Source: Bacteroidales bacterium (GTDB lineage: Bacteria; Bacteroidota; Bacteroidia; Bacteroidales; WCHB1-69). From it: a stretch of 64,000 bases of DNA. Both the position numbers and the translations under genes were made by a program. The notes beneath the pieces are model-generated. The model did no database searches. It was not told the origin of the DNA and was given only the letters and a program-made list of their open reading frames with translations. Location: the NCBI GenBank assembly GCA_017994425.1, contig JAGOKS010000002.1:3060-67059 (forward strand), in the 5' to 3' direction. Shown here in pieces: positions 19,801-28,410 of this stretch. Positions within the stretch are counted from its first letter, which is position 1, and every line of letters begins with the position of its first letter.

Positions 19801-21543
19801 GTATATAATCATTCTTTCAAGAATACACATGTGTATTTATCTTCCACTGAAAAACTGATTTGCTACAACGACAGTAATCCTAATCAGAAATGCATTGAAA
19901 CACAGGTTTATATTCAGGAAGGAGAAACAAAACAAATGGCTTTTATTATTGGCGTAAAAGACATTAATACACCGATAACACACATTCAATTAAGTACTGT
20001 TGAAAAAGAATTTCATAAAGTAACTAACTTTTGGAAAGAAAAACTATCGGCAATTAAAGTTAATACACCGGATACATCTTTTAATTATGTGATGAATAAC
20101 TGGTATTTATATCAAACATATGCGGCGCGATTATTTGCAAGAGCCGGTTTTTATCAAGTGGGTGGAGCATATGGTTTCCGCGATCAATTACAAGATACCA
20201 TGAGTATCATGTATAGTGATGCGTTAATAGCAAGAAATCAAATTATCAAACATGCTTCTCATCAATTTCTTGAAGGAGATGTTTTACATTGGTGGCACGA
20301 AGAATTATCCTTTGGATCGCGTACTACTTTCTCCGATGATTATTTGTGGTTGGTATATGTAAGCTATGAATACATCCTTATGACCGGTGATTATTCTATT
20401 TTGGATGAAGCAATTCCATTTGTTCAAGGTGAAAAATTAAAAGAAGGTGAAACAGAAAAAGGGATACATTTTTATTTTACAAAAGAGAAACAAAGTTTAT
20501 ATGAACATTTGAAATTATGCATTAACAAATCCTTGAATCAATTCGGGAAACACGGGCTCCCTTTAATGGGTAGTGGGGATTGGAACGATGGCATGAATAA
20601 AATCGGAAATTTGGGCAAAGGAGAAAGTGTTTGGGTAGGATTTTTCTTGTTGGATATTTTGCATAAGACCATTCATTTATCTACGTATAAACAGGATGAA
20701 GATTTTGTTAATCAATGTAAAAAAACCATTCCCGATTTTACTCAATCTTTAATCAACAATGCATGGGATGGTGAATGGTTTTTACGCGCCTATTTTGATA
20801 ATGGCGAAACATTAGGATCTCGTAATAATTTAGAATGTCAAATAGATTTATTGTCTCAATCATGGAGTCTCTTAACAGATGTAGCAGATGAAGATAAAAA
20901 ACAAAGAATTCTTCGAGAAACTGAAAATCGTTTGGTTGACCATGAAAATAAAATCATTAAACTATTAACTCCTGCTTTTAAAAACTCGAAAAATAATCCC
21001 GGTTACATCATGGATTATTTAGAAGGCATACGTGAAAATGGGGGACAATACACGCATGGTGCCATGTGGTATATTATGGCATTGTTAAAAGAAGGTTATA
21101 TTGACAAAGCCTATTCGTATTATTCGATGATTAATCCAATTAATAGAACCTCTAATATAGGAGACACTATAAAATATAAAGTAGAGCCATATAGCATTGC
21201 TGCGGATATATATTCCAATCCCCAATCTGCCGGACGTGGCGGATGGACATGGTATACGGGGTCTAGTAGTTGGGCTTACAAAGTAGGGCTGGAACATATT
21301 TTAGGTTTTAGAAAAAAAGGTGATACTCTCACTTTTGAACCCAAAATACCTTCCTCCTGGAAAAGTTTTCAAATGGAATACCGATATTTCGATACCTTAT
21401 ATCACATTGAAGTTCTGCGCATGAAAGAAGAATACGAATCTACGTTCGTTAGTAGTATCATTTTGGATGACAAACTCTTAAAAAATAAATTAATCCCATT
21501 AATCAATGATAAAAAAGAACATAGCATAAAAGTCATTTGTTAA
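13849..21543 (+). CDS. Cyclic beta-1,2-glucan synthase-like giant multidomain protein (GT + glucoamylase-like + GH94)
   Basis: 2564-aa ORF. Motifs seen: DxD (ITLDTDTQL); RHHRWVRGDWQ after the GT domain; TM clusters on both sides of the GT domain; TSPTNIGYSMLSVISAYELGF (glucoamylase-like middle domain); GGAYGFRDQLQD and GSGDWNDGMN (GH94 catalytic region). The domain order matches Cgs/NdvB/ChvB. Confidence 0.8.
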   Translation: MIYKEFVLSIQQITTYYKILVEETKNKKTVGSTNEWILDNYFIISEQEKSIRDELRSKVIKSIKSKRKKLLYELLDAILYKSNYQIDINLIFNEINEYQQKQNDYFSYTEISFLYILFRIILIQKISNLSQHLQIKLHAKIEAENFFNNLKKEELSTNDLTSQIKQILQNESYLKNPFFLDQLNNLFNSINNIPEILHLHFKEIFIKSHKILQQQMDESAANNILITNLFISLKKMTKFEISEFYSHISFTENILINEKVGMYNQMYDNNKDNYRAKIIRDAKKLHISEYQYAIQVVEQANKINQHVGWTLFTPKKYRERSYAYISIVAFFTIILSFLLSLYMGPFAFLLLLVPISQFVIELFNQLLQYLHKPNSTLKLKFENSIPKEYATMVIIPTIIKTKEKIDQMFDKLEVYYLSNFSDNLYFTLLGDCSSETSKYSDVDTELIATGLKKVKELNEKYNKNIFNFVYRQRFYSESEGCFLGFERKRGAILHFNDLLLGNLSEEKKKELFQCQTLDNFDISISYIITLDTDTQLVLYSAFQLIGAIAHPMNQPVLSQDGKHVVSGYAIMQPRVNVDIDVTNKSRYAQLFSGLGGLDVYTTASYELYQDTFNEGSFVGKGIYNLKIFQQILSGTFPQNLILSHDLLEGNYLRCGLINDVILFDDSPSNYLDDAKRHHRWVRGDWQIIQWLKKNVKNEKGETVRNPINTLGKWKIFDNLRRSVMSMSLLILLFFGFTFGKHNPLIYLMVVLIVVSTPILFYLLSRIIFKRKYSRYLRYYMTLARGIAVVINKSLIVLSILPKEAFMYFDAIVRALYRMFISKKNLLNWITSEDAEKMTKNTLKSYIRNFRVNFVFALLFIAGTWYFKTEETSLYLMVAILIACLWCLAPFRMYWLGKKIKTDEKHLQEKQLEEIKEIAFRTWNYFHTLLHEETNFLIPDNYQLSRTQKTDYKTSPTNIGYSMLSVISAYELGFISLKEASYFLEKIIETVTKLKKWEGHLFNWYNIYSLEELNPYFVSSADSGNFVACLYVVKGFLKKIDNKILLNNVLRLIDNTNFSKLYNKDLDVFSIGFDYRDQHLLPYHYNNFASEARLTSFIAISKGDAPYKHWFCLDKTLTKYKFYKGVASWYGTLFEYFMPLIFMKTFKHTLMDETYAFAYYAQKEFMKEIDKNLPWGISESGYNELDDAQNYKYKAFGVPYLKFQNTISNRIVISPYSSLMVISTKDKEVYENIQKFKQLNMYSEFGFFESYDEEDKVNVEAHYAHHQGMILASLTNYLKSNCIQNYFHQDKKIQSMETLLKEKAQIKPYIDLKISKYKRFKYPKERQENDIREYDNLSPIPEIGVLSNGYYTLLINDRGCGFSRYKDIYINRYRKITAENYGIFMYIRDIYSGKIWSNTYAPLNVKPDKYRVIFASDRIKYIREDSGIITTTEMCVVKDKNAEIRKISFENQTSKDVVLELTSYGEVIMCQNDRDIAHRSFNSMTIYSEFDEQSSTLIFTRKSRHNKDTKYYVASRMFFDNENDLKIEYETSRLHFIGRNNTTGNPNVIINRGNLSKGLGSSLDPIMSIRREIIVRAGQKESIFLSVAFGKSREQVLDIVNGFRNNFDVTVAFEMATALNNMRTGYSQLKGVQMRLYNTILKHIFQTSSNSESRKSILRKNTLDQTNLWKFSISGDLPIILIEIDAIENALILKDVLQAYEFYKSRGVYVDIVIINNEKESNEELLKKYISDLVNKIYYFNYFENSSGNVHTLSSSELSEEEKTLLYTIARISINTSSGKSLEKQMQELETDLFSCADDCKYTALLTKDIKHPKNLMFYNEFGGFIDNGNEYYITNINTPMPWINVIANPDFGFIISGWMSGFTYAYNSQAYKISSWSNDMVGDPPSELILINKQRFIPTAARHGFGYSLFMANSYAFNIQIKVFASLQDKIKYYLINIENIIPSDQNIQLSLITKLVLGVTEEKTNRHLLSNWSEEDNCLYFTNVYNHSFKNTHVYLSSTEKLICYNDSNPNQKCIETQVYIQEGETKQMAFIIGVKDINTPITHIQLSTVEKEFHKVTNFWKEKLSAIKVNTPDTSFNYVMNNWYLYQTYAARLFARAGFYQVGGAYGFRDQLQDTMSIMYSDALIARNQIIKHASHQFLEGDVLHWWHEELSFGSRTTFSDDYLWLVYVSYEYILMTGDYSILDEAIPFVQGEKLKEGETEKGIHFYFTKEKQSLYEHLKLCINKSLNQFGKHGLPLMGSGDWNDGMNKIGNLGKGESVWVGFFLLDILHKTIHLSTYKQDEDFVNQCKKTIPDFTQSLINNAWDGEWFLRAYFDNGETLGSRNNLECQIDLLSQSWSLLTDVADEDKKQRILRETENRLVDHENKIIKLLTPAFKNSKNNPGYIMDYLEGIRENGGQYTHGAMWYIMALLKEGYIDKAYSYYSMINPINRTSNIGDTIKYKVEPYSIAADIYSNPQSAGRGGWTWYTGSSSWAYKVGLEHILGFRKKGDTLTFEPKIPSSWKSFQMEYRYFDTLYHIEVLRMKEEYESTFVSSIILDDKLLKNKLIPLINDKKEHSIKVIC
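15010..15915 (+). other. Glycosyltransferase (GT84-like) domain of the glucan synthase
   Basis: Runs from YATMVIIPTII to RHHRWVRGDWQ and contains the DTD motif at 15438-15446. Boundaries are approximate. Confidence 0.55.
16650..17680 (+). other. Glucoamylase-like (alpha/alpha)6 middle domain (candidate cyclisation domain)
   Basis: Contains FLIPDNYQ, TSPTNIGYSMLSVISAYELGF and HHQGMILASL. Boundaries are approximate. Confidence 0.5.
17880..21540 (+). other. GH94-type glycoside phosphorylase region (two N-terminal-type beta-sandwich segments plus catalytic barrel)
   Basis: Contains GYYTLLINDRGCGFSRY, GNEYYITNINTPMPWINVIANPDFGF, GFRDQLQD, GDWNDG and GGQYTHGAMW. Confidence 0.6.
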
Positions 21544-21686
21544 TTCCATAAAAATTTGAAAATTTTTCAATTCTGTTGTTCTTTTATATGTTATTGTCAT
21601 TCTTATTTTTACTGTAACTATTTTAAAAATTACATAGAAATTTTCAAAAAATCTTATAGAAATAGTATATATATAAAAAAATATTT

Positions 21687-21694
21687 TATTTTTG
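21687..21694 (+). promoter_or_regulatory. -7 promoter box (TATTTTTG) for the DUF3276 gene
   Basis: Matches TAnnTTTG, 41 nt upstream of the ATG at 21735. Confidence 0.45.
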
Positions 21695-21734
21695 CGTAAT
21701 TATTGTAATATGATAGATTTTTAAAGAACTTGTT

Positions 21735-22070
21735 ATGGAAAAAGGTGATTATAAAGAGAATAACGAAGTTTTATCGAAAGTGCTTCGGGCAGGGAAAAGA
21801 ACGTATTTTTTTGATTTAAAAGAAACCAAAAATCAAGAACATTATTTAACAATTACAGAAAGTAAAAGACGATTTGATGAAGCAAAGGGAACATTTTTCT
21901 ATGAAAAACACAAAATTTTCTTATACATTCAAGATATAGAAAATTTTGGCAATCAATTAAATGAAGTTATTTCATTTATTAATTCACAAAAAGAAAAGAT
22001 TCATCCAATCAAAACTGTAAAAAAAGAATCTGCTAATGATGATAATCTTAATTTTGAAGATTTAGCATAA
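21735..22070 (+). CDS. DUF3276 (PUR-alpha-like nucleic-acid-binding) protein
   Basis: 111 aa. VLRAGKRTYFFDLKETKNQEHYLTITESKRRF is typical of the Bacteroidota DUF3276 family. Confidence 0.7.
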   Translation: MEKGDYKENNEVLSKVLRAGKRTYFFDLKETKNQEHYLTITESKRRFDEAKGTFFYEKHKIFLYIQDIENFGNQLNEVISFINSQKEKIHPIKTVKKESANDDNLNFEDLA

Positions 22071-22095
22071 TTTTTTTACTTCTTTTCTTTATTTT

Positions 22096-22116
22096 ACCGT
22101 TATAAAACGGTTTTTG
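22096..22116 (+). terminator. Weak intrinsic terminator after the DUF3276 gene
   Basis: ACCGTT-ATAA-AACGGT hairpin (6-bp stem) followed by TTTTT. Confidence 0.35.
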
Positions 22117-22153
22117 AAATTTATATTTTCTTTAAAAAGGATTATTTTCCTTA

Positions 22154-22876
22154 CTAATTGCGTCCTCCGATAAAACGTAAAAGGAATAAAAACAAATTAA
22201 TAAAATTCAAATATAAAGACAAAGCTCCCATTAAAGCCATTTTATTCCCTGTTTCTGTTCCTATCATTTCGATATAACTGGTTTTTTTCATTCGTTGAAC
22301 ATCCCAAGCTGTTAAACCGGTAAATATAAGTACTCCGGCAATTGTGATAATCCATTCTAATCCACTACTTTTCATAAATAAATTCACAATGATAGCGATA
22401 ATCAATCCGATAAGTGCCATAAATAAAATTGAACCGAATTTTGTTAAATCTACACTAGTAGTATACCCGGAAACGGCCATGATGCCAAACATACCTGCAG
22501 TAATTACAAAAGTTATTGCAATAGATTGAGCCGTATAAACCAATAAAATAAAGCTTAAACTAGCTCCCATCAATACGGAATACAAAATAAATAGAGTCAT
22601 TAATACAGTAAACGACATGCGTTGAAATCCAAATGACATAAATATAACCATTAATAAAGGTGATAACATCACTATCCATCCCAACATACTCAATCCTGTT
22701 TCTGTTAGTAAAAGATTGATAAGTGAAGAGTTTGCAAAAAGCCAAGCAATTGCTGCCGTTATCATTAATCCGACAAACATCCATGTAAAAACATTTGCCA
22801 TGAATTTCTTACTTAAGGTTTTATTTTCTGATAAAATATTCGATTCTGATTTAACATAATTTTTTTCTATATCCAT
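22154..22876 (-). CDS. Bax inhibitor-1/YccA family membrane protein
   Basis: 240 aa with 7 predicted TMs. Size and topology fit the BI-1/YccA family. Confidence 0.7.
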   Translation of the reverse strand: MDIEKNYVKSESNILSENKTLSKKFMANVFTWMFVGLMITAAIAWLFANSSLINLLLTETGLSMLGWIVMLSPLLMVIFMSFGFQRMSFTVLMTLFILYSVLMGASLSFILLVYTAQSIAITFVITAGMFGIMAVSGYTTSVDLTKFGSILFMALIGLIIAIIVNLFMKSSGLEWIITIAGVLIFTGLTAWDVQRMKKTSYIEMIGTETGNKMALMGALSLYLNFINLFLFLLRFIGGRN

Positions 22877-22908
22877 CTTCTATAAATTTTAAAATTAATT
22901 AACTTCGT

Positions 22909-23997
22909 TTATTTAGGTATGCTTAGCGTTTGGTTATCCGGATAATAATATCGTAAAGGTTGAATGATTCTATCAAAGACAAAATATTGACAAATCACAA
23001 TATCTTCTTTATTATCGTTAATTATAGCATAGAATTTATCTTTGTTAAATTTATCTATAAAATCATCACCATAAATATAATTAGCCGTATCTAATACATT
23101 TTCCATATAAAACATCGTAATTTTTGTTTTATTATTATCTATATCTTCAACAATAATATCTTTAAACTTCAGGCTAAATAGAGTATCTTTTGTTCCTTGC
23201 GTTAAGTCAGTAGCAAAAAATTCAAAATTCAAATCTCGGTATTCGGATAAATGATCAAAAAGTTTCGCAGTATCATATGCATGAAGCCGTTGGTTTTCTT
23301 TTGTAAGTATATCAAAAAACCGTTCTCCACTACGTATAATGCTAAACGATTCTTCGGGGTATTCATAGTCGATAATTTCAACTTTTTTAATTTTTGATAT
23401 TTTCAGTTTTATCAGGTTATGACTTTTCCAATCGCTTTCAAAAGGAGAATAATAAGGAGAAATAAATCCGCGAAATCCCGGCATATTCACTATAAAAGGC
23501 TCTTCATCTCCTTCAAGTAAAGCATAATTGCCTAAATTATCTTGGGTAATATTTCCAATATAATACACTTTCTTATTTTGATATTTCCAAAATTTAAAAC
23601 TACCTATCTTAATCCTGAAATCCTGAAAATATATTTCTACTTTAATAGATCCAGTTGCCAACCATTTGTTTACATTATCACGCGCAGAAAATGCTACCGG
23701 TTCACGTATGCTTATATTTTTAATTACATTTAATAAATCAAATACATTTTTATCTAAGGCAAGGAATTTTTTATTAACAGTCCACTCGCCCGTAGATTGT
23801 TTCTCTAATAAAATGGTTCTTTCGTAATGATCGGCAATAAATATTTTAATGATAGTAGCGGTGTCTTTAACTGCAAATTGGTCAGAATTATAGCTTAATG
23901 TTCCTGATTTTTTACTAATAAGCATTATTAAGGCTATTATAATAAGTATAGCTGTTATTATGAGTATTAATATACTTTTCTTAGTGTTTTTATTCAT
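22909..23997 (-). CDS. DUF4340-like membrane-anchored protein downstream of gldG
   Basis: Single N-terminal TM anchor plus a soluble domain. The call rests mainly on the conserved position after gldG. Confidence 0.5.
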   Translation of the reverse strand: MNKNTKKSILILIITAILIIIALIMLISKKSGTLSYNSDQFAVKDTATIIKIFIADHYERTILLEKQSTGEWTVNKKFLALDKNVFDLLNVIKNISIREPVAFSARDNVNKWLATGSIKVEIYFQDFRIKIGSFKFWKYQNKKVYYIGNITQDNLGNYALLEGDEEPFIVNMPGFRGFISPYYSPFESDWKSHNLIKLKISKIKKVEIIDYEYPEESFSIIRSGERFFDILTKENQRLHAYDTAKLFDHLSEYRDLNFEFFATDLTQGTKDTLFSLKFKDIIVEDIDNNKTKITMFYMENVLDTANYIYGDDFIDKFNKDKFYAIINDNKEDIVICQYFVFDRIIQPLRYYYPDNQTLSIPK

Positions 23998-24006
23998 CCT
24001 TGTTTT

Positions 24007-25761
24007 TTATCTTGCAAATTTTCGATTTCTGATAATAGCAAAAATTATTCCCAATATCAAAACACATAAAATGGGAAGTGTCATATTCAGTATTTGCCAA
24101 AACGATTTCTCTTTTAATAATTTATCTTTATCCAACAATCTCATTTTAAAGTCTTTAGATCGAACTTCCGCAATGCCTTCATCTTCACATAAATAATTGA
24201 CAGCATTCAACAGAAAGTTTTTATTGCCATAGGCTACATCTGTATATTGATCGTAACCTAAAGGCAAAGGATATTTTCTTGAATCAAATTGATTTTTAAT
24301 CATATCCCCATCTGAAACAAAAATCATTTTTGTTGGAACACTTTTTTCTTTAAATCCGATTTTTTCTTGATCTTTCATATTGTTAAAACCGGAATATAAA
24401 GAAGGGAAAACACCTTCAACTAATACACTTACTGGAAAATGTTTTTGTGAAAATTCTCTATAATTAGCTCTTCTTTTAAGATTTTCCAAACTAATAATAG
24501 CAGGAGTATTAATCATTTTTGTTGTGGCGGATGTTGTCAATAAAATCGTTTTCTTTAACCCTTCTTTCGTTCCAACAGTATCAATAGAGCTAATAAATTC
24601 AGTTTTTAATACATTTAAATTTTTTACTATAGGATGATTGGAATATGGTGTTATGAGAGGAAAAAAATACCATGGAATAAATGTATACTGTGCTTGACCT
24701 GCCATTTCGCTGATTTTTACCGGAATAGCTAAGGCATTCAAATCTTGCAATAAATTTGTATTTAATCGTACTCCATATCTGAAAAATAAATCTTCAAGAT
24801 TCAAATCCATGGCTAAACAAGGCATTTCCATATAGTTTTGCAGGCTATCCATTTCTGCAAAAACCGGATCAATATACCATAACATCTTGCCTCCTCTCAT
24901 AACAAATTGATCTAATAAAAACTTTTCATAGTTAGAAAAAGGAAGTCTTGGTTTTGCAACAATTAATAAATCATATTTATTTGTTGAAATTTTAAAATCT
25001 ACATCGCCGGAATCAATGATTTCTACATTAAAGATTTTAGAAATTTTATTATCTAAAATAACGGAGTCTACTTTATAAAAATCTGCAATTCCAACTGCTG
25101 CACTAAACACTTCGGCATTTGTCAATTCTCCGTGTCCTTTAATAAACGCAATGCTTGCTTTTTGTTGGTTGCTTAAGCGACGAATAGCATTACCTATATT
25201 ATACTCAAGTTTTTCTATTGAGAATTTAATGATTTCTTCCCGATTATATAGAATGCCTTCATCTGAATCGAGTAAAGACACAGGTGTTTCTCGTTGGCGA
25301 TACGTAATAATTGCTCCCGGAACAATATAGCGTGTATTTACACCTCCCGCATCCACATCTTGAATTGGTTGAGGTTGTAGTCCTTGCTTATATAGCTGTC
25401 CGTAATAAGCTTGTAATTGTTTTTCATCTTTCCCCTCGGAAGGGTCAATAAATTCATACTGAATGTTTTTGGAATAAACCCTTAACTCATCCAAAAATTC
25501 TCGTGTTTTCAATGACAATTCAGCAAAATCAGGAGGTAAACTTTTTCCGTATAAATAGACTTTCACAAAGATAATATCTTCAATGTTTTCAACTAATGTT
25601 ACCGTTGAAGGAGAAAGCGTATATCTTTTTTCGCTTGTTAAATCAAATCGTAAGAAAAAGAAAGAAAAAATAATATTAATCAATAGGATAATTGCCAAAA
25701 CAGCAAAAAATTGTATAAGGTTATTTCTTTTTATATTTCGAATATTTTTACTTTCTTTCAT
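24007..25761 (-). CDS. gldG: Gliding-motility-associated ABC transporter substrate-binding component GldG
   Basis: 584 aa with N- and C-terminal TM anchors. FFLRFDLTSEKRYTLSPST motif. Lies directly downstream of gldF. Confidence 0.75.
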   Translation of the reverse strand: MKESKNIRNIKRNNLIQFFAVLAIILLINIIFSFFFLRFDLTSEKRYTLSPSTVTLVENIEDIIFVKVYLYGKSLPPDFAELSLKTREFLDELRVYSKNIQYEFIDPSEGKDEKQLQAYYGQLYKQGLQPQPIQDVDAGGVNTRYIVPGAIITYRQRETPVSLLDSDEGILYNREEIIKFSIEKLEYNIGNAIRRLSNQQKASIAFIKGHGELTNAEVFSAAVGIADFYKVDSVILDNKISKIFNVEIIDSGDVDFKISTNKYDLLIVAKPRLPFSNYEKFLLDQFVMRGGKMLWYIDPVFAEMDSLQNYMEMPCLAMDLNLEDLFFRYGVRLNTNLLQDLNALAIPVKISEMAGQAQYTFIPWYFFPLITPYSNHPIVKNLNVLKTEFISSIDTVGTKEGLKKTILLTTSATTKMINTPAIISLENLKRRANYREFSQKHFPVSVLVEGVFPSLYSGFNNMKDQEKIGFKEKSVPTKMIFVSDGDMIKNQFDSRKYPLPLGYDQYTDVAYGNKNFLLNAVNYLCEDEGIAEVRSKDFKMRLLDKDKLLKEKSFWQILNMTLPILCVLILGIIFAIIRNRKFAR

Positions 25762-25781
25762 AATTTTTTATTTTTGCAATT

Positions 25782-26513
25782 TTACCAATTTCTACTTTTT
25801 AAGCGAAGTGATGATAAATATAAAAACAAAATAATGATACTTAAAAAATAAATAATATCTCTTGTATCAACAACACCTCTGCTAATAGACTCATAATGAT
25901 GACTAATGCCCAATGTTTTAATTATATAACCGAATGAGCCAAAAATATCAAAAGAATACACATATTCAAATCCTAACCAAATAATAAAACAAATTAAAAC
26001 AGAAAACAGAAAAGCAATAATTTGATTATCTGTCATTAGTGATACAAATAAACCTATAGCTGCGAAAGAGCCTCCCAAAAAAATCAAACCGATATATGAT
26101 CCCCACATAGCTCCTTGATCAATATTACCTTTTGGATACCCTAACGCATAAACTGTAAAAAAATAAATCAAGGTAGGTAAAAGTGAAATCAGTAATAATA
26201 CAATGCTTGCCGCATATTTAGCTAAAATAATTTTACTATCACTAATAGGATACGTAAGTAATAATTCAATGGTCCCTGATTTAGTTTCTTCTGCAAAAGA
26301 ACGCATGGTTATGGCAGGAATTAACAGTAAAAAGACAATAGGCGCCAAGTTAAATAAGCCGTTTATATCCGCAAAACCTCTTTGCATTATATTATCAGAA
26401 AAAGGGAATATCCATAAAAACAACCCTGTAAGAGTCAGAAAAACACCCATAACGATATATCCGACCAAAGAACCTAAAAAACTTTTTATTTCTTTTACAA
26501 ATAAACTATACAT
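25782..26513 (-). CDS. gldF: Gliding-motility-associated ABC transporter permease GldF (ABC-2 type)
   Basis: 243 aa with 6 TMs and the N-terminus [21 protein letters not shown]. Paired with gldG. Confidence 0.75.
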   Translation of the reverse strand: MYSLFVKEIKSFLGSLVGYIVMGVFLTLTGLFLWIFPFSDNIMQRGFADINGLFNLAPIVFLLLIPAITMRSFAEETKSGTIELLLTYPISDSKIILAKYAASIVLLLISLLPTLIYFFTVYALGYPKGNIDQGAMWGSYIGLIFLGGSFAAIGLFVSLMTDNQIIAFLFSVLICFIIWLGFEYVYSFDIFGSFGYIIKTLGISHHYESISRGVVDTRDIIYFLSIIILFLYLSSLRLKSRNW

Positions 26514-26539
26514 AGAAATTCTTTAAAAAACATTGGATG

Positions 26540-26547
26540 CAAAGGTA
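26540..26547 (-). promoter_or_regulatory. -7 promoter box (TACCTTTG on minus strand) for the gldF operon
   Basis: The plus strand reads CAAAGGTA, 27 nt upstream of the gldF start. Confidence 0.5.
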
Positions 26548-26623
26548 AAACTTTTTTAGTTATAATCGTAAATTCTCTAAACAAATATTTTGATACAGCA
26601 CTATTTTATATTGCTTTTTCATT

Positions 26624-26631
26624 TACTTTTG
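26624..26631 (+). promoter_or_regulatory. -7 promoter box (TACTTTTG) for ruvB
   Basis: Matches TAnnTTTG, 27 nt upstream of the ATG at 26658. Confidence 0.5.
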
Positions 26632-26657
26632 TAGAAATTGTTTTTTTATTAATAACC

Positions 26658-27692
26658 ATGATTAATCCTAACTTAAATCCGGATGCCGAAAATTTAAATC
26701 TTTCTGAAAAAGAAATAGAAAAAGTTATTCGACCGAGTGATTTTCGTGATTTTTACGGGCAAGAAAAAGTAGTTGAAAATTTAAAAATTTTTGTTCGTGC
26801 CGCCAAACAGAGAGGTGAAGCCTTAGACCACGTTTTGTTACATGGTCCTCCGGGTTTAGGTAAAACAACTCTATCCCATATTATAGCTAACGAAATGGGA
26901 GTTAATGTAAGAGTAACTTCGGGTCCTGTAATAGATAAACCCGGTGATTTAGCAGGATTACTTACCAACCTCGAATCAAACGATGTATTGTTTATTGATG
27001 AGATTCACCGACTTTCTCCTGTTGTAGAAGAATATCTATACTCTGCCATGGAAGATTATCGCATCGATATTTTAATTGAATCAGGTCCTAATGCCCGTAA
27101 TGTTCAAATAGGGTTAAATCAATTTACCTTGGTGGGAGCTACTACACGCTCTGGATTATTGACAGCTCCTTTACGATCGCGTTTTGGCATTAATTTACGA
27201 TTAAATTATTATGATACTGCAACTTTAGAGAGAATCATCACACGTTCGGCTTCTATACTACATATTGACATTGATAAAAATGCAGCTAACGAAATAGCGC
27301 GTCGCAGCAGAGGAACTCCTCGTATAGCAAATCTTTTATTGCGTAGAGTGCGTGATTTTGCTCAAATAAAAGGGAAAGGAATTATTGATTTGGAGATTGC
27401 TAAATACGGACTTTCCGCATTAAATGTTGACATGTATGGATTAGATGAAATGGATAATAAAATACTGCTTACTATTATTCAAAAATTCAAAGGAGGTCCG
27501 GTAGGTATTTCAACCATAGCTACTGCTGTTGGTGAAGATGCCGGTACTATAGAAGAAGTGTACGAACCTTTTTTAATTCAGGAAGGCTTTCTTGTACGAA
27601 CCTCTCGCGGCAGAGAAGTAACCGATTTGGCGTATCATCACTTACACATCAATAAAACTGAAAACATTCATCCTACACTCTTCGATGAATAA
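26658..27692 (+). CDS. ruvB: Holliday junction branch-migration helicase RuvB
   Basis: Walker [10 protein letters not shown], Walker B DEIHRL and [16 protein letters not shown]. Confidence 0.96.
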   Translation: MINPNLNPDAENLNLSEKEIEKVIRPSDFRDFYGQEKVVENLKIFVRAAKQRGEALDHVLLHGPPGLGKTTLSHIIANEMGVNVRVTSGPVIDKPGDLAGLLTNLESNDVLFIDEIHRLSPVVEEYLYSAMEDYRIDILIESGPNARNVQIGLNQFTLVGATTRSGLLTAPLRSRFGINLRLNYYDTATLERIITRSASILHIDIDKNAANEIARRSRGTPRIANLLLRRVRDFAQIKGKGIIDLEIAKYGLSALNVDMYGLDEMDNKILLTIIQKFKGGPVGISTIATAVGEDAGTIEEVYEPFLIQEGFLVRTSRGREVTDLAYHHLHINKTENIHPTLFDE

Positions 27693-27702
27693 TACTTAAT
27701 AT

Positions 27703-28410
27703 ATGAAGAAAAACATACCAAATATTATTACCTTACTTAATTTAGCCTCCGGCATAGTAGCTATTATCCTAGCTTTGCATGATTATCTATATGCTGCTGC
27801 TATAATGGTAATAGTCGCTTCCTTGTTTGATTTCTGCGACGGATTGGTTGCTAGGCTTCTACATGTAAATACAGTTATCGGGAAAGAATTAGATTCTTTA
27901 TCTGATGTTGTTTCTTTTGGTGTTGCTCCGGCTATTATGATGTATCAATTATATTTACAGTCACATGATTTTATCCCAAACAATTATGGGATTAATATCC
28001 CTGCTTTAATTTGCCCTATTTTATTTGTCTGTTTTGCGGCGTATCGTTTGGCTAAATTCAATTTGGATACACTTCAAAAAGAAAACTTTAGAGGATTGCC
28101 AACTCCTGCCGCTGCATTTGTATTAATATCCTTCCCATTTTTCCATATAAACGATTATCCTATCATTATTTATACGATTACTATACTTTTACTTTCTTTT
28201 CTGATGGTGTCGCACATTCCTTTATTTTCATTAAAATTTAAAAATTTGAAACCAAAAGATAATATTTTTCGTTATATACTTATATTTATAAGTGTCCTGT
28301 TACTAGGATGTTTGCAATTAAAGGCTATCCCTTTTATTATATTGATTTATATATTATTATCTATAATTGAGTTGTATTTAAATAAAACATTAAAAAGAAC
28401 ATCCGAATGA
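27703..28410 (+). CDS. pssA: CDP-diacylglycerol--serine O-phosphatidyltransferase
   Basis: CDP-alcohol phosphatidyltransferase motif DFCDGLVARLLHVNTVIGKELDSLSD in a polytopic membrane protein. Confidence 0.85.
   Translation: MKKNIPNIITLLNLASGIVAIILALHDYLYAAAIMVIVASLFDFCDGLVARLLHVNTVIGKELDSLSDVVSFGVAPAIMMYQLYLQSHDFIPNNYGINIPALICPILFVCFAAYRLAKFNLDTLQKENFRGLPTPAAAFVLISFPFFHINDYPIIIYTITILLLSFLMVSHIPLFSLKFKNLKPKDNIFRYILIFISVLLLGCLQLKAIPFIILIYILLSIIELYLNKTLKRTSE

Noticed and set aside
21556-21570. 15-nt palindrome TTGAAAATTTTTCAA downstream of the glucan synthase gene, as a possible terminator or operator.
   Set aside because: A 1-nt loop cannot form an RNA hairpin. It is purely A/T in a very AT-rich spacer and likely arises by chance. 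A similar but non-identical word at about 21638 adds little.
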